Below are positions 53,425-63,104 of a stretch of 64,000 nt of DNA, one piece after another; position 1 is the first letter of the stretch, and each line of letters begins with the position of its first letter. A program made the translations under genes and the position numbers. The notes under the pieces were generated by a model. The model was not told the origin of the DNA. It worked only from the letters and a program-made list of their open reading frames with translations, and ran no database searches. This DNA is from an uncultured Planctomycetales bacterium (GTDB lineage: Bacteria; Omnitrophota; Gorgyraeia; Zapsychrales; JBDRMG01): positions 2,250-66,249 of the forward strand of contig CAYZIY010000010.1 of NCBI GenBank assembly GCA_964478715.1, in the 5' to 3' direction.

Positions 53425-55174
53425 GGGATCGTTTTTTTATTTTCTGTTTAGGGGGGTCGATAATCATGTGATACGCAGACTTACCGGCCGGAACCATAGG
53501 AAAGACATTATCCTCTTTGATCACTTCCGCGTGGATCAATGCCGGACCTTTGTAATCGATAGCCTGCTTGAGCACTCGTTTGGCATCCTTCACATGATTG
53601 ACATAAAAACCTTTTATTCCAAAAGCCTCGGCTAATTTGACAAAATCGGGATTGCCTACTAAATCGACACCGGAGAGGCGATTGTCAAAAAAAAGCTCCT
53701 GCCATTGGCGCACCATGCCGAGATATTTATTTTCCACCACAATCACTTTAACCGGCAATTTATGAATGGCCATGGTGGCCAACTCCTGTGCCGTCATCTG
53801 AAAACCGCCGTCACCGCAAATCGCGATCACGAGTTCTTTAGGGCAACCGAATTGGGCGCCAAGCGCTGCCGGAAAACCGTAACCCATGGTTCCGGCCCCG
53901 CCACTAGAAAGCCAAGTATTGGGCCTGTCAATCAAGCAAAACTGAGCCGCCCACATCTGATGCTGACCCACATCGGTTACAAAAATAGCGTCACCGCCGC
54001 TCAGTTCATAAGCTGTTCTGATCACATGCTGAGCTGTCAAGCCTTTTGAATTATCGTAATGAAGGGGAAATTCCTTTTTATTAAACTCTAATTCCTTAAG
54101 CCATTCTTTGGTTTCCAGCGGCTGAATTTGAGGCAGGAGGTCTTTGAGAATAGCCTTGGCATCACCAATGGCATAAACATCAGGCTGAACAATCTTGTTG
54201 ATTTCGGCTTCATCAATATCGATGTGCAGTTTCTTGGCGCTAATGCAGAATTCGGTCGGATTCCCGTTGATGCGGTCATCCCATCGGGAGCCGATCGAGA
54301 AAATGAGATCACAGCGCGTTAATGCCTTATTGGCATAAGCTGTTCCGTGCATACCCAACATGCCCAAAGAGAGGGGGTGCGTTTCTGGAAAAGCACCTTT
54401 ACCCAGAAGTGTGTTTACTACCGGAATGTTAAGCGTTTCAGCCAGCTTTTTAACTTCGGCTTCGGCCCGGGCAATCACTGCACCGTGGCCAGCCAAAATC
54501 AAGGGCCGTTTGGATGATTTTAAAAGCTCAGCCATTTGACTGACGCTTTTTTTATCGAATGAAGTTACCGGTTTATAACCGGGTAAATCCATGGATTGAT
54601 TAAACGATCCGGTAAATTCGCCGGCCGTAGCATTTTTAGGCAGATCGATCAAAACCGGACCGGGACGTCCCGTATTGCAAATATGAAAGGCTTCTTTGAC
54701 GACCCGGGGGATCTCATTCGAATTCTTCACAAGATAATTATGCTTAACGATCGGCATGGTCACGCCGAATATATCGGTTTCCTGAAAAGCATCTTTCCCC
54801 AAAAGGCTGGTCGAAACCTGTCCGGTGATAACAATCAGAGGGATGGAATCTAAATGAGCCGTCATGACACCGGTGACGATATTGGTCGCTCCGGGTCCGC
54901 TGGTGGCAATCACGACACCCGGTTTGCCTGTAGCGCGCGCATAACCGTCAGCCATATGGGCCGCGCCCTGTTCATGGCGGGCCAAAATCATCTTGATTTT
55001 GGAATTAACCAAAGCATCGAAAATAGGGATCAATACACCCCCAGGAATACCAAAAAGATACTCCACTCCCTGATCCTCGAGACAGCGGATAAAGGCCTCA
55101 GCGCCTGTCATCGGCTTTTTTCTTTTAGAGGGTTTTTTTGTCACTGATTTTTGTTTAGCTTTTTTCTTAGTCAT
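53399..55174 (-). CDS. ilvB: Acetolactate synthase large subunit
   Basis: RHEQGA, TSGPGATN, TDVGQHQMW, GDGGFQM, LGMVRQWQ. Confidence 0.96.
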   Translation of the reverse strand: MTKKKAKQKSVTKKPSKRKKPMTGAEAFIRCLEDQGVEYLFGIPGGVLIPIFDALVNSKIKMILARHEQGAAHMADGYARATGKPGVVIATSGPGATNIVTGVMTAHLDSIPLIVITGQVSTSLLGKDAFQETDIFGVTMPIVKHNYLVKNSNEIPRVVKEAFHICNTGRPGPVLIDLPKNATAGEFTGSFNQSMDLPGYKPVTSFDKKSVSQMAELLKSSKRPLILAGHGAVIARAEAEVKKLAETLNIPVVNTLLGKGAFPETHPLSLGMLGMHGTAYANKALTRCDLIFSIGSRWDDRINGNPTEFCISAKKLHIDIDEAEINKIVQPDVYAIGDAKAILKDLLPQIQPLETKEWLKELEFNKKEFPLHYDNSKGLTAQHVIRTAYELSGGDAIFVTDVGQHQMWAAQFCLIDRPNTWLSSGGAGTMGYGFPAALGAQFGCPKELVIAICGDGGFQMTAQELATMAIHKLPVKVIVVENKYLGMVRQWQELFFDNRLSGVDLVGNPDFVKLAEAFGIKGFYVNHVKDAKRVLKQAIDYKGPALIHAEVIKEDNVFPMVPAGKSAYHMIIDPPKQKIKKRSHAKKKKRK

Positions 55175-55313
55175 TTAGAACCTTATGAACTTAATTAAAG
55201 TATTTTGAATTCTAACACAACCATAAAGATGGATGCAAGGAATTTATTACGGCCTTCTTCGGCTTGCTTTTTACTTCTTTTTCATTTATTATGCCCCTTA
55301 AAGGAAAAAAGCC

Positions 55314-56345
55314 ATGCAAAAGAGGTTATCAAAAAGAAAAAAAGTCATCAAGGCGGTGGGGTTGATCAGCGGCGGACTTGACAGCGCACTAGCCCTTTGC
55401 ATGATGCAGGATCAAGGCATCCAGGTTTTTGGTCTGCATTATATTCTGCCCTGGGAAGAGAAAAGAAAACGCAATGCGCAAGCTGTAGCTCAAGAATTGA
55501 GAATACCGCTTAGAACCATATGGCTTAAAGAGAAGTTCTTTGAGATGGTTAAAAATGCGCGTTATGGATATGGCACGGGCATTAACCCCTGCATTGATTG
55601 CCGGATTTTTACCTTTCGATTAGCCCAAAAATATATGAAATCTCTGGGAGCCCACTTTGTTTTCACGGGAGAGGTGCTCGGACAGAGGCCGATGTCGCAG
55701 CTTAAAGACAGCTTAAAGATTGTGGAAGAAAGAAGCGGACTCAAGGGGATCCTTTTAAGACCTTTGTGCGCCCGGTTTCTTGAACCGACCATAGCTGAAA
55801 AGGAAGGCTGGATCAATCGAGAAAAGCTTTTGGATATCAGCGGGCGCTCACGAAAGAAGCAGTACGCGCTTTTGAAAAAATATAGAATCAAACACACGAC
55901 TCAACCAGCTGGTGGGTGCATCTTGACAGATAAAAATTTTGCCTGCCGAGTCAGGGATCTGCTCAAGTACGGGTATCGGGACTTTTGTGATGTGAAGGTT
56001 TTATCTCTCGGTCGACATTTTCGGTTAACAAAAAAGCATAAAGCCATTGCCGGCCGAAATCAAAGGGAAAACAATAAAATGCTTAAATATACGCATGCAG
56101 AAGATATGATTGTGGAATTTGAAAAACACTCAGGCCCAACGGTTGTTCTTCAGGGAAAAAATCCTTCGCGGGCGATGATCAAGAAAGCAGGGGGGATTGT
56201 TCAGTATTTTTCACGCTTCAAAAATGAAAGTCCGCTTGAGGTTATCTATTTTCAAAAGGGTCAAAAGAGAGAGAAGAAGAAAATTGTGGCGGCCGAAATG
56301 TTTGATGAGTTCATCGGCCGCCACAAAATCCAACACGCCAAATAG
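55314..56345 (+). CDS. ThiI/MnmA-like PP-loop tRNA thiolation protein without THUMP domain
   Basis: SGGLDS, NPCIDCR, TGEVLGQRPMSQ, PAGGCILTD, GRHFR. Confidence 0.8.
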   Translation: MQKRLSKRKKVIKAVGLISGGLDSALALCMMQDQGIQVFGLHYILPWEEKRKRNAQAVAQELRIPLRTIWLKEKFFEMVKNARYGYGTGINPCIDCRIFTFRLAQKYMKSLGAHFVFTGEVLGQRPMSQLKDSLKIVEERSGLKGILLRPLCARFLEPTIAEKEGWINREKLLDISGRSRKKQYALLKKYRIKHTTQPAGGCILTDKNFACRVRDLLKYGYRDFCDVKVLSLGRHFRLTKKHKAIAGRNQRENNKMLKYTHAEDMIVEFEKHSGPTVVLQGKNPSRAMIKKAGGIVQYFSRFKNESPLEVIYFQKGQKREKKKIVAAEMFDEFIGRHKIQHAK

Positions 56346-56346
56346 A

Positions 56347-56589
56347 TTAGACGTCTTTTTTTATATTATCCTTCAGCCACTGAATAATATCATCCGATTC
56401 GTACAGAGGTTTTCCATCAATAAAAAGGCAGGGCACCTGCGATTTTCCTCCCCCAGTAACCAGTTCCTGCCTGGCCTGATCATCGGCATTGATTCGTTTA
56501 ACTTCCATTTCCATCTTGTTTTCTTTTAAAAAGCTCATCACTTTTGCGCAAAAGGGACAAAAATCCCGAATATAGAGCGTCAGGGTCAT
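56347..56589 (-). CDS. Glutaredoxin
   Basis: CPFC, GGKSQVPCLFIDG..LYESDDII. Confidence 0.9.
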   Translation of the reverse strand: MTLTLYIRDFCPFCAKVMSFLKENKMEMEVKRINADDQARQELVTGGGKSQVPCLFIDGKPLYESDDIIQWLKDNIKKDV

Positions 56590-57536
56590 TTCATTTTCCT
56601 TTCCTTAACCATATTTTCGATTTGTGCAATCACCGGTGTCCCTAGATCCTCACCTGTCAAGCGCTCGATTTCCTGAAGACAGGTCGGGCTGGTGACATTG
56701 ACTTCGATTAAATAATCTCCAATCACGTCAATGCCCACAAGAAAAAGCCCCAAATCTCTTAAATGAGGGGCAATTTCATCAATGATTTCATGTTCTCTTT
56801 CTGTTATATCACAGGCCATGGGCTCGCCACCCGAAAAGAAGTTATTGCGATGATCATCTTTGCTGTGTACCCGCAGAACGGCCCCCAAGAATTCTCCATC
56901 AAGCAGGAGAATCCGTTTATCACCCATATTGGCGTCCTTGACAAATTTCTGTAGAATAATATCCTTTTCGTAATTCTCTGTCAGTGTTTCTAAAATCACA
57001 TGAGCATTATTATCGCCCTCATTGATTAGAAACACCTTGGAACCTCCGTAACTATTGGTGGGCTTGGCGACCACAGTTTTGTGCGTTTTAAAAAAGTCCC
57101 GCAGTTCAAGCTTCTTTCGGCTAATGATGGTTTTTGGTATGTACTGAGGAAATCGCGTTACCCAGATTTTCTCATTAACGGTGCGCAATCCTTCAGGCCG
57201 ATTAACCACGACAATTCTTTGAGAAATTCGATCAAGTAACCAGGTATTGAGCAAATATTGCTCGTCAAAGGGCGGATCATTGCGAATAAAAACTGCATCA
57301 AATTCGTCTTCGCATGTCTGAAAGGCCTCGATCAAGCTGATGGGTATTTCATCCTGTCGATTTACCTTGATACGGCAGGCATCAAAATACAGTTTATCAT
57401 TCTTGAGAATAATATCGCCGTCCTGACATATATAAATATTATGATTTCGCTTTTGCGCGCAGTCCATCAAGGCCAAGGACGTATCCTTTTTGGGATTAAT
57501 GCTTTGAGGTTGATCAACTAAAAAAAGAAATTTCAT
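56586..57536 (-). CDS. gshB: Glutathione synthetase
   Basis: KDTS, RNDPPFD, NEK, GDKRI, GIDVIG..LIEVNVTSPT. Confidence 0.95.
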   Translation of the reverse strand: MKFLFLVDQPQSINPKKDTSLALMDCAQKRNHNIYICQDGDIILKNDKLYFDACRIKVNRQDEIPISLIEAFQTCEDEFDAVFIRNDPPFDEQYLLNTWLLDRISQRIVVVNRPEGLRTVNEKIWVTRFPQYIPKTIISRKKLELRDFFKTHKTVVAKPTNSYGGSKVFLINEGDNNAHVILETLTENYEKDIILQKFVKDANMGDKRILLLDGEFLGAVLRVHSKDDHRNNFFSGGEPMACDITEREHEIIDEIAPHLRDLGLFLVGIDVIGDYLIEVNVTSPTCLQEIERLTGEDLGTPVIAQIENMVKERKMK

Positions 57537-58786
57537 ATCTGGACTGTTTCCAACTGCTGAATTTCCCGGTGCGCGGCAATCGCCGCGATCCTGGAGAGAA
57601 TCCGATAGACGTCAAAGATATTCATATCATGATGAACGCCGCAGTCACCATATTTTGTTTGGTGAGGACACATTTTCTGAAAATCCATGCCTACCGAATT
57701 AAGATTCTCGCGGTTGGATTTCGAGAAGTGACTGCGGTAAAATCCGCCCACCAAATTATTCTCTATTTGATAAATGCAGACTTCCGAAACTTTGTTTTCG
57801 ATGTGATACATTGTCGGTACGCCTTCCTGAAGCAAAAAGCGATGAATCGGTTTGGAGTTTTTTCCTTTAGCGAGCTTATTGCGCATCTTTCTGTTCAAAT
57901 GAAGCAAGTCTTGAGCGCTTTCGATTGCTAAAACTCCCATGCCGTATGTCCCGCTGTCCGACTTCAAAAAGAGAAAAGGTTTTTCGCAAATGCCGTGTTC
58001 TTCGTATTTTGAGCGAATTCTCGACATTAAATCACTAGCGTGATCAACAATTTTCTTACGATCTTCTTCGCTATTAATATCAATCGAATCGAGGATAGCA
58101 TCAAAGCATGTCAGGAGCCAGGGATCGATATTCAGCAAACGACCAAATTCTTTCATCAGATCTGCGGTGTGGAGAAAATGATGGGATTTTAACCGGGAAT
58201 GCCATCCGGCCTGCATGGACGGGTAGATGGGAATACCGGCTTGCAGTAAAACATCGGGAATGCCGGAGGTCAAGTCGTTGTTTAAAATAATCAAATCGTA
58301 ATGGCGAGTTCCGTTTTTGATTTTCTCCAGAATGCGCTTAAAGCAACAAATCCTCACCATAGAATCGGTTGCGGTTTTCAACTCCACGCTAACAACATCT
58401 TCACAGAAACTCGGCTGAACGGATAAAAACGTTGCAATATCGGTTTCAAAACCGGCCCGGGAGATGATCTCTTTAAGAATACGGATATTCTCCAAATACC
58501 AGGTGTTTCGCGTATGTTCTTCAGCAATGATGAGAACTCTCCGGCAATGAGTGGAACGTCTCAGCAAGGCATTTTTAAGATATTCAACCGAATCATTGAT
58601 GCCGTGTTCGCATAGATTATTGAATCCAGCTGGAAAAAGATTGGTATCTACAACGGCTGCTTTAAAACCGGCATCACGGATATCAACCGATGAATAAAGA
58701 GGAAGATCATGAAGAGTCTCATGTTTTTCCAGCCAATGGTAGATGTCGGACTGTCTGCTTTTTATTTTCTCAACGATATCAATCAT
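57533..58786 (-). CDS. gshA: Glutamate-cysteine ligase (Acidithiobacillus-type GshA)
   Basis: YSSVDIR.AGFK..VDTNLFPAGFNNL, EEHTRN..Y, LNNDL.SG, GTYGMG, QEGV, VGGFYR, ENLN. Confidence 0.9.
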   Translation of the reverse strand: MIDIVEKIKSRQSDIYHWLEKHETLHDLPLYSSVDIRDAGFKAAVVDTNLFPAGFNNLCEHGINDSVEYLKNALLRRSTHCRRVLIIAEEHTRNTWYLENIRILKEIISRAGFETDIATFLSVQPSFCEDVVSVELKTATDSMVRICCFKRILEKIKNGTRHYDLIILNNDLTSGIPDVLLQAGIPIYPSMQAGWHSRLKSHHFLHTADLMKEFGRLLNIDPWLLTCFDAILDSIDINSEEDRKKIVDHASDLMSRIRSKYEEHGICEKPFLFLKSDSGTYGMGVLAIESAQDLLHLNRKMRNKLAKGKNSKPIHRFLLQEGVPTMYHIENKVSEVCIYQIENNLVGGFYRSHFSKSNRENLNSVGMDFQKMCPHQTKYGDCGVHHDMNIFDVYRILSRIAAIAAHREIQQLETVQI

Positions 58787-58787
58787 T

Positions 58788-59576
58788 TTATGTCCGCAGT
58801 TTATAGCCGATTTTAAAAAGAGAAATGGTCAAAAAGAAAATTGCCATCGACGAAATAAAAGCCAAAACGATGCTGTAAATGATAGGTATTTCGGTGATTC
58901 CGGTCATGGAGAAGCGCATGCCGTTAACCAGATAAAAAATTGGATCGAGCTTGGTTAAAAAGCGAAATGTCCCGGGGATAGAATGCGCAGGATGAAAAAC
59001 CCCGCCGATAAAAATAAGCGGCGTGATAAAATACGTACTGAACATTCCCAGCATATTGAAATCTTCGGCCCACAAAGCCGCCAGCATTCCCAGGCAGGAA
59101 AAGAAACAGCTAATCATCACCACAAAATAGATTAGGAGAAAAGGATGAGCAATCCGGATGGGATGAAAAAATCCTGAAATAAGAAGTACGCCCAGCGACA
59201 CCAAAAAGCCCCTGACGACACCACCGCCAAGAAGCCCCAGAACCATTTCGAAGTAGGAAAGCGGCGATAAAAGAATTTCCTGAACGTGATTGTGCCAGCG
59301 GGCGATAAAAAGCGAGGAACTGGTATTTTCATACGAACTTGTAATCAGATGCATGGTCATTAAACCCGGCACAATAAAACTGAGATAACTCATCTGAAGA
59401 TCCTCAAAAGCCAGGCGTTTTCCAATCGCCAATCCGAAAATGCAAATAAAAAGAACCGAAGAAATGAGGGGAGGAATAATCGTTTGGGTGGCTACAGACA
59501 GAAAACGGACAATTTCCCGCCGCAAAAGCGTTAAAACACCCACGGGATTAGTGATCATGACATGGTCGCCGTTCAT
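58788..59576 (-). CDS. ABC-2 type permease (YadH-like)
   Basis: REIVRF...QTI.PP, FIVPGL, NTSSS, PL.FIGGVF. Confidence 0.9.
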   Translation of the reverse strand: MNGDHVMITNPVGVLTLLRREIVRFLSVATQTIIPPLISSVLFICIFGLAIGKRLAFEDLQMSYLSFIVPGLMTMHLITSSYENTSSSLFIARWHNHVQEILLSPLSYFEMVLGLLGGGVVRGFLVSLGVLLISGFFHPIRIAHPFLLIYFVVMISCFFSCLGMLAALWAEDFNMLGMFSTYFITPLIFIGGVFHPAHSIPGTFRFLTKLDPIFYLVNGMRFSMTGITEIPIIYSIVLAFISSMAIFFLTISLFKIGYKLRT

Positions 59577-60301
59577 TCTGAGCTTGTGACCTCCAAAAAC
59601 ACCGATTCAAGATTCTTTTCATGCAAAACGTTCTGCTTATCGCCTAAGCGCACAATTTTTCCCTGATGGATAATAGCGATTTTTTTGCATAACCGCTCGG
59701 CTTCTTCCATATAATGCGTGGTTAGAAAAATGGTCTTGCCTTCATTATTGAGTTTAATCAGATAATCCCAAATCCGGAATTTCAGCTCCAGATCGCATCC
59801 GGCGGTCGGTTCATCTAAAATCAATATCTCCGGATCGTGGATCAGGGCCCGACAAAGAAGAAGTCTTTTTTTCATTCCTCCGGAAAGGGCTCTGTGCTTG
59901 ACATTTCGTTTTTCAATCAATTGAAAGCGTTCCAATAATTCTCGAGCCCGATTTTTGGCTGTTATGCGGGGAATACCGAAATAGCCCGCTTGATAAACCA
60001 GAATGCGTTCAACCGTCAGAAAGGGATCAAAATTTACTTCCTGGCCGCATAGACCGATCAACTTGCGGGTTTGGCGGTATTCACGGACTCCGTCATAACC
60101 GAAAACTTTTATTTCTCCCTTTTGATAATTAGAAAGGCCCGTCACGCAGTTAATGGTTGTCGTTTTGCCGGCACCGTTGGGTCCTAAGAACGCAAAAAAA
60201 TCACCTCTTTGGACTTGAAAGGAAATATCGTGGATCGCCTCAAAAGATCCGTAATATTTACGCAAATTTTTTATATCAATAGCAATGGTCGAATCACGCA
60301 T
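59573..60301 (-). CDS. ABC transporter ATP-binding protein (YadG-like)
   Basis: GPNGAGKTT, LSGGMK, ILDEPTAG, TTHYMEEA. Confidence 0.95.
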   Translation of the reverse strand: MRDSTIAIDIKNLRKYYGSFEAIHDISFQVQRGDFFAFLGPNGAGKTTTINCVTGLSNYQKGEIKVFGYDGVREYRQTRKLIGLCGQEVNFDPFLTVERILVYQAGYFGIPRITAKNRARELLERFQLIEKRNVKHRALSGGMKKRLLLCRALIHDPEILILDEPTAGCDLELKFRIWDYLIKLNNEGKTIFLTTHYMEEAERLCKKIAIIHQGKIVRLGDKQNVLHEKNLESVFLEVTSSE

Positions 60302-60308
60302 GGCAATG

Positions 60309-60337
60309 ATTATAGGTCTTTGCTCAGTTCATGTCAA
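60309..60337 (-). promoter_or_regulatory. Perfect sigma70 consensus promoter of the ABC-gshA-gshB-grx operon
   Basis: Minus strand TTGACA-17 nt-TATAAT, 7 nt before ATG 60301. Confidence 0.85.
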
Positions 60338-60342
60338 AATTT

Positions 60343-61311
60343 TTAACCACAGGGGTGTATTTTTTTAAAGTTCTTCAGCTGCTCTACGATTGACTCAATA
60401 TCTTTCATTTGCATAAGACGGGAGCGGAATTTAGCCACGCCGGGAAGCTCGCGCAAGTAACCGGCATAGTGCTTTTTGAAATCATTGATGCCGCAGCGTT
60501 GGCCGTGAAATCGTATGGATAATTCTAAATGATTAATACACAGTTGTATCTTTTCTGTAAGATCAATACTCCGGGGCGCTGCGCCCGATTGTAAAAATTC
60601 TTTTGCCTGCCGAAAAATCCAGGGATTCTTGATTGCGCCCCGGCCAATCATGACACCATCACAGCCCAGATCATATAATGTCTTGACATCATTAACCGTT
60701 TCAACATCACCGTTGCCGATCAGAGGGATTTTAATCGCCTGACGGATTTTGGGCAACCATGACCAGTCAGCCTTTCCATCAAAACCTTGCATGCGTGTAC
60801 GGCAATGAACGCATAAGGTTTTAGCCCCGGCTGTTTCGCACATACGGGCCACTTCGGTGATATTAATTGAGCGCGTATCCCAACCCAAACGGGTCTTAAC
60901 GGTTACCGGCAACCTTGTACCCCTGACCACGGCCCGAACGATCTTTTCAAATTTGCGGATATCTTTAAGTAAGCCGGATCCCTCCCCGCGGGACGCGTGA
61001 TTCGAAACCCAACATCCGGCATTAATATCAATAAAATCGGGATGAGCGCTCTCGGCAACGGCAGCCGCTTCGCGCATAGCTTCTTCACGGGCACCGACAA
61101 TTTGAATGGCAATGGGCCGTTCTTCATCCGTTACCAGAATCTTATGCAGGGCCTTGCGGGCATCACGAATGAGAGCCTCAGAGCTGGTAAATTCCGTATA
61201 GAGCAGATCAACCCCTAATCGTTTGCAGATCAAGCGAAAAGGAGTAGAGGTGATGTCATCCATCGGTGCTAGAGCTAAAGGACGATCGATGTCGATAGAT
61301 CCGATTTTCAT
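60343..61311 (-). CDS. dusB: tRNA-dihydrouridine synthase
   Basis: LAPM, DINAGC, VTVKTRLGWD, HCRTR, GNGDV, VMIGRG..NPW. Confidence 0.9.
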   Translation of the reverse strand: MKIGSIDIDRPLALAPMDDITSTPFRLICKRLGVDLLYTEFTSSEALIRDARKALHKILVTDEERPIAIQIVGAREEAMREAAAVAESAHPDFIDINAGCWVSNHASRGEGSGLLKDIRKFEKIVRAVVRGTRLPVTVKTRLGWDTRSINITEVARMCETAGAKTLCVHCRTRMQGFDGKADWSWLPKIRQAIKIPLIGNGDVETVNDVKTLYDLGCDGVMIGRGAIKNPWIFRQAKEFLQSGAAPRSIDLTEKIQLCINHLELSIRFHGQRCGINDFKKHYAGYLRELPGVAKFRSRLMQMKDIESIVEQLKNFKKIHPCG

Positions 61312-61350
61312 AGAAGGAGCATTATAACTTAAATTAATAGTGATGAAAAG

Positions 61351-61370
61351 GAGTTGCTTGCAAACAACTC
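61351..61370. promoter_or_regulatory. Near-perfect palindrome in the dusB/mtaB divergent intergenic region
   Basis: GAGTTGCTTGCAAACAACTC; 18 of 20 positions self-complementary. Confidence 0.4.
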
Positions 61371-61408
61371 TTTGTATTTAGACTAATAATGATATACTGA
61401 TAATCATC

Positions 61409-62707
61409 ATGAAGGAAAAAATAACTTTTTACACGATAGGATGCAAAGCCAATCAGGCCGAAACCGCCAGCTTGAGAAATTCTTTTGCGCAAAACGGCTT
61501 TCATTGCGTTGATAACAATAGTTTTGCCGATATTTCTGTTATCAATACCTGCACCGTAACCGGGAAAGCGGACAGCGATACCCGTAAAACAGTAAATAGA
61601 ATTATTCGAAAAAATCCAAAAGCGCGCATCGCCTGTATCGGATGTCAGGCCCAAACCCAGAAAGAACGCTTGGCGCAACTTCCCAATATACGATGGATCG
61701 TGGGCAATGAGCAAAAAATGAATTTGATACAATTGATAAACCTGCCCGCTCAATCCCAAAAACCTCTTATGATCGTTCCGAAAATCCAAAAAAAAAGCTT
61801 TACGATGTCTCTGACCCAAATGGATTCCGTTCATACCAGAGCCAATCTAAAGATTCAGGACGGCTGTGATTTTTTTTGCTCCTTTTGCGAAATTCCTTAT
61901 GCCAGAGGAAGGCCCCGCAGCCGGATCTACGATGATATTATTGTAGAAGCACGAACCCTCGCTAAAAACGGTTATCAGGAAATTGTTTTAACCGGCATTA
62001 ATCTGGGCCGCTATCAATATCGCGGAAAAACACTGCTGCATGTTTTGGATGCTCTGGAAAAACTGCCAAAGCTAAAAAGAATACGTATTTCTTCTATCGA
62101 GCTGACCACAGCTTCTCTCGAGCTGGTCAAGCGCATGAACAACAGCCGGCTTTGCCCTTATCTGCATATTCCTATGCAGAGCGCAAGTGATAAGATTCTT
62201 CGTTCCATGAAACGGAAATACCGGGTGGGTGAATTTGCGGATTTTGTTTTAAAATGCGCTTCTGCCGTTGAACGAATCTGCATCGGGACGGATTTGATGG
62301 TTGGTTTTCCGGGAGAAAAGGAAGAAGATTTCCTTCAGACATGCCGAACCATTGAGCGCCTTCCAATTGTCAACTGTCATATCTTCAGTTATTGCCCGAG
62401 ACATTTTGCTAAAAGTAAAAATCTATCAAATGCAGTGAGTGAGTCTCTTATCAAAAAACGTCGTCGTTTATTGCGTCAAATAGCTCTTAGAAAGAGACAT
62501 CAAATACTGAAAAAATTCCTTCATGCCACCCAGGAAGTGCTCTTTGAACAAAAAAAAGGTGAATGCTGGTCGGGGTTGACCGATAATTATATCCGTGTTC
62601 TTGTTTCGTCTGAGAAAAGACTTCATAATCGTATCGTTCCTGTTAAAATAAAACAGATTGAGAATCAGAATCTTAAAGGAGTTTTGTCGTGCAAAAGCAT
62701 CAAATGA
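61409..62707 (+). CDS. mtaB: tRNA t6A37 methylthiotransferase
   Basis: TIGCKANQAE, INTCTVT, LKIQDGCDFFCSFCEIP.ARG, LTGINLG, C-terminal G.TDNY. Confidence 0.9.
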   Translation: MKEKITFYTIGCKANQAETASLRNSFAQNGFHCVDNNSFADISVINTCTVTGKADSDTRKTVNRIIRKNPKARIACIGCQAQTQKERLAQLPNIRWIVGNEQKMNLIQLINLPAQSQKPLMIVPKIQKKSFTMSLTQMDSVHTRANLKIQDGCDFFCSFCEIPYARGRPRSRIYDDIIVEARTLAKNGYQEIVLTGINLGRYQYRGKTLLHVLDALEKLPKLKRIRISSIELTTASLELVKRMNNSRLCPYLHIPMQSASDKILRSMKRKYRVGEFADFVLKCASAVERICIGTDLMVGFPGEKEEDFLQTCRTIERLPIVNCHIFSYCPRHFAKSKNLSNAVSESLIKKRRRLLRQIALRKRHQILKKFLHATQEVLFEQKKGECWSGLTDNYIRVLVSSEKRLHNRIVPVKIKQIENQNLKGVLSCKSIK

Positions 62708-62853
62708 AGATTAATGTTAAGAAAATTGCGCAATCGCCCGATATTTTCGAGTTTACAATCAGTTCACCTTTTCTGCGGACTCAGTTTCGTCTTCCGCGTA
62801 ATCAGGTCAATGAGCTTAGGATTCTTCTCGAGAAAGTCCTTATTGAAAAATAG
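62689..62853 (+). CDS. Small hypothetical protein, 49-54 aa (below ORF-track cutoff)
   Basis: AAGGAG SD before GTG 62689, or ATGA overlap at 62704; MKINVKKIAQSPDIFEFTISSPFLRTQFRLPRNQVNELRILLEKVLIEK*. Confidence 0.6.
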   Translation: MQKHQMKINVKKIAQSPDIFEFTISSPFLRTQFRLPRNQVNELRILLEKVLIEK

Positions 62854-63104
62854 GTTATAAATATTTTGAGAATAAATAAAAATTGCCGCCTCTTCCAGAC
62901 TTACCGACATTCCCATTATTTTTTAATATACATAAGCTAATGTATGAAAATAGGTCGAGAGTCTTTCTAAATTTAAATGAAATGCTAATTTTTATCCATG
63001 TTCCTCGTTTAACTATTGGGAACAAGGGATGGTCATTTTACAGTCATAAATTTCTTTTAAAAAATGATTCCTTTAATATAATAAAACACATACAGGGATC
63101 ACTC

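Noticed and set aside
55175-55313. ilv attenuator or T-box upstream of ilvB
   Set aside because: No Ile/Leu/Val-rich leader peptide or terminator hairpin; the region holds only divergent promoter-like elements.
62883-63104. 74-codon N-terminal extension of the last full ORF
   Set aside because: AT-rich intergenic-like sequence; the signal peptide begins at ATG 63105.
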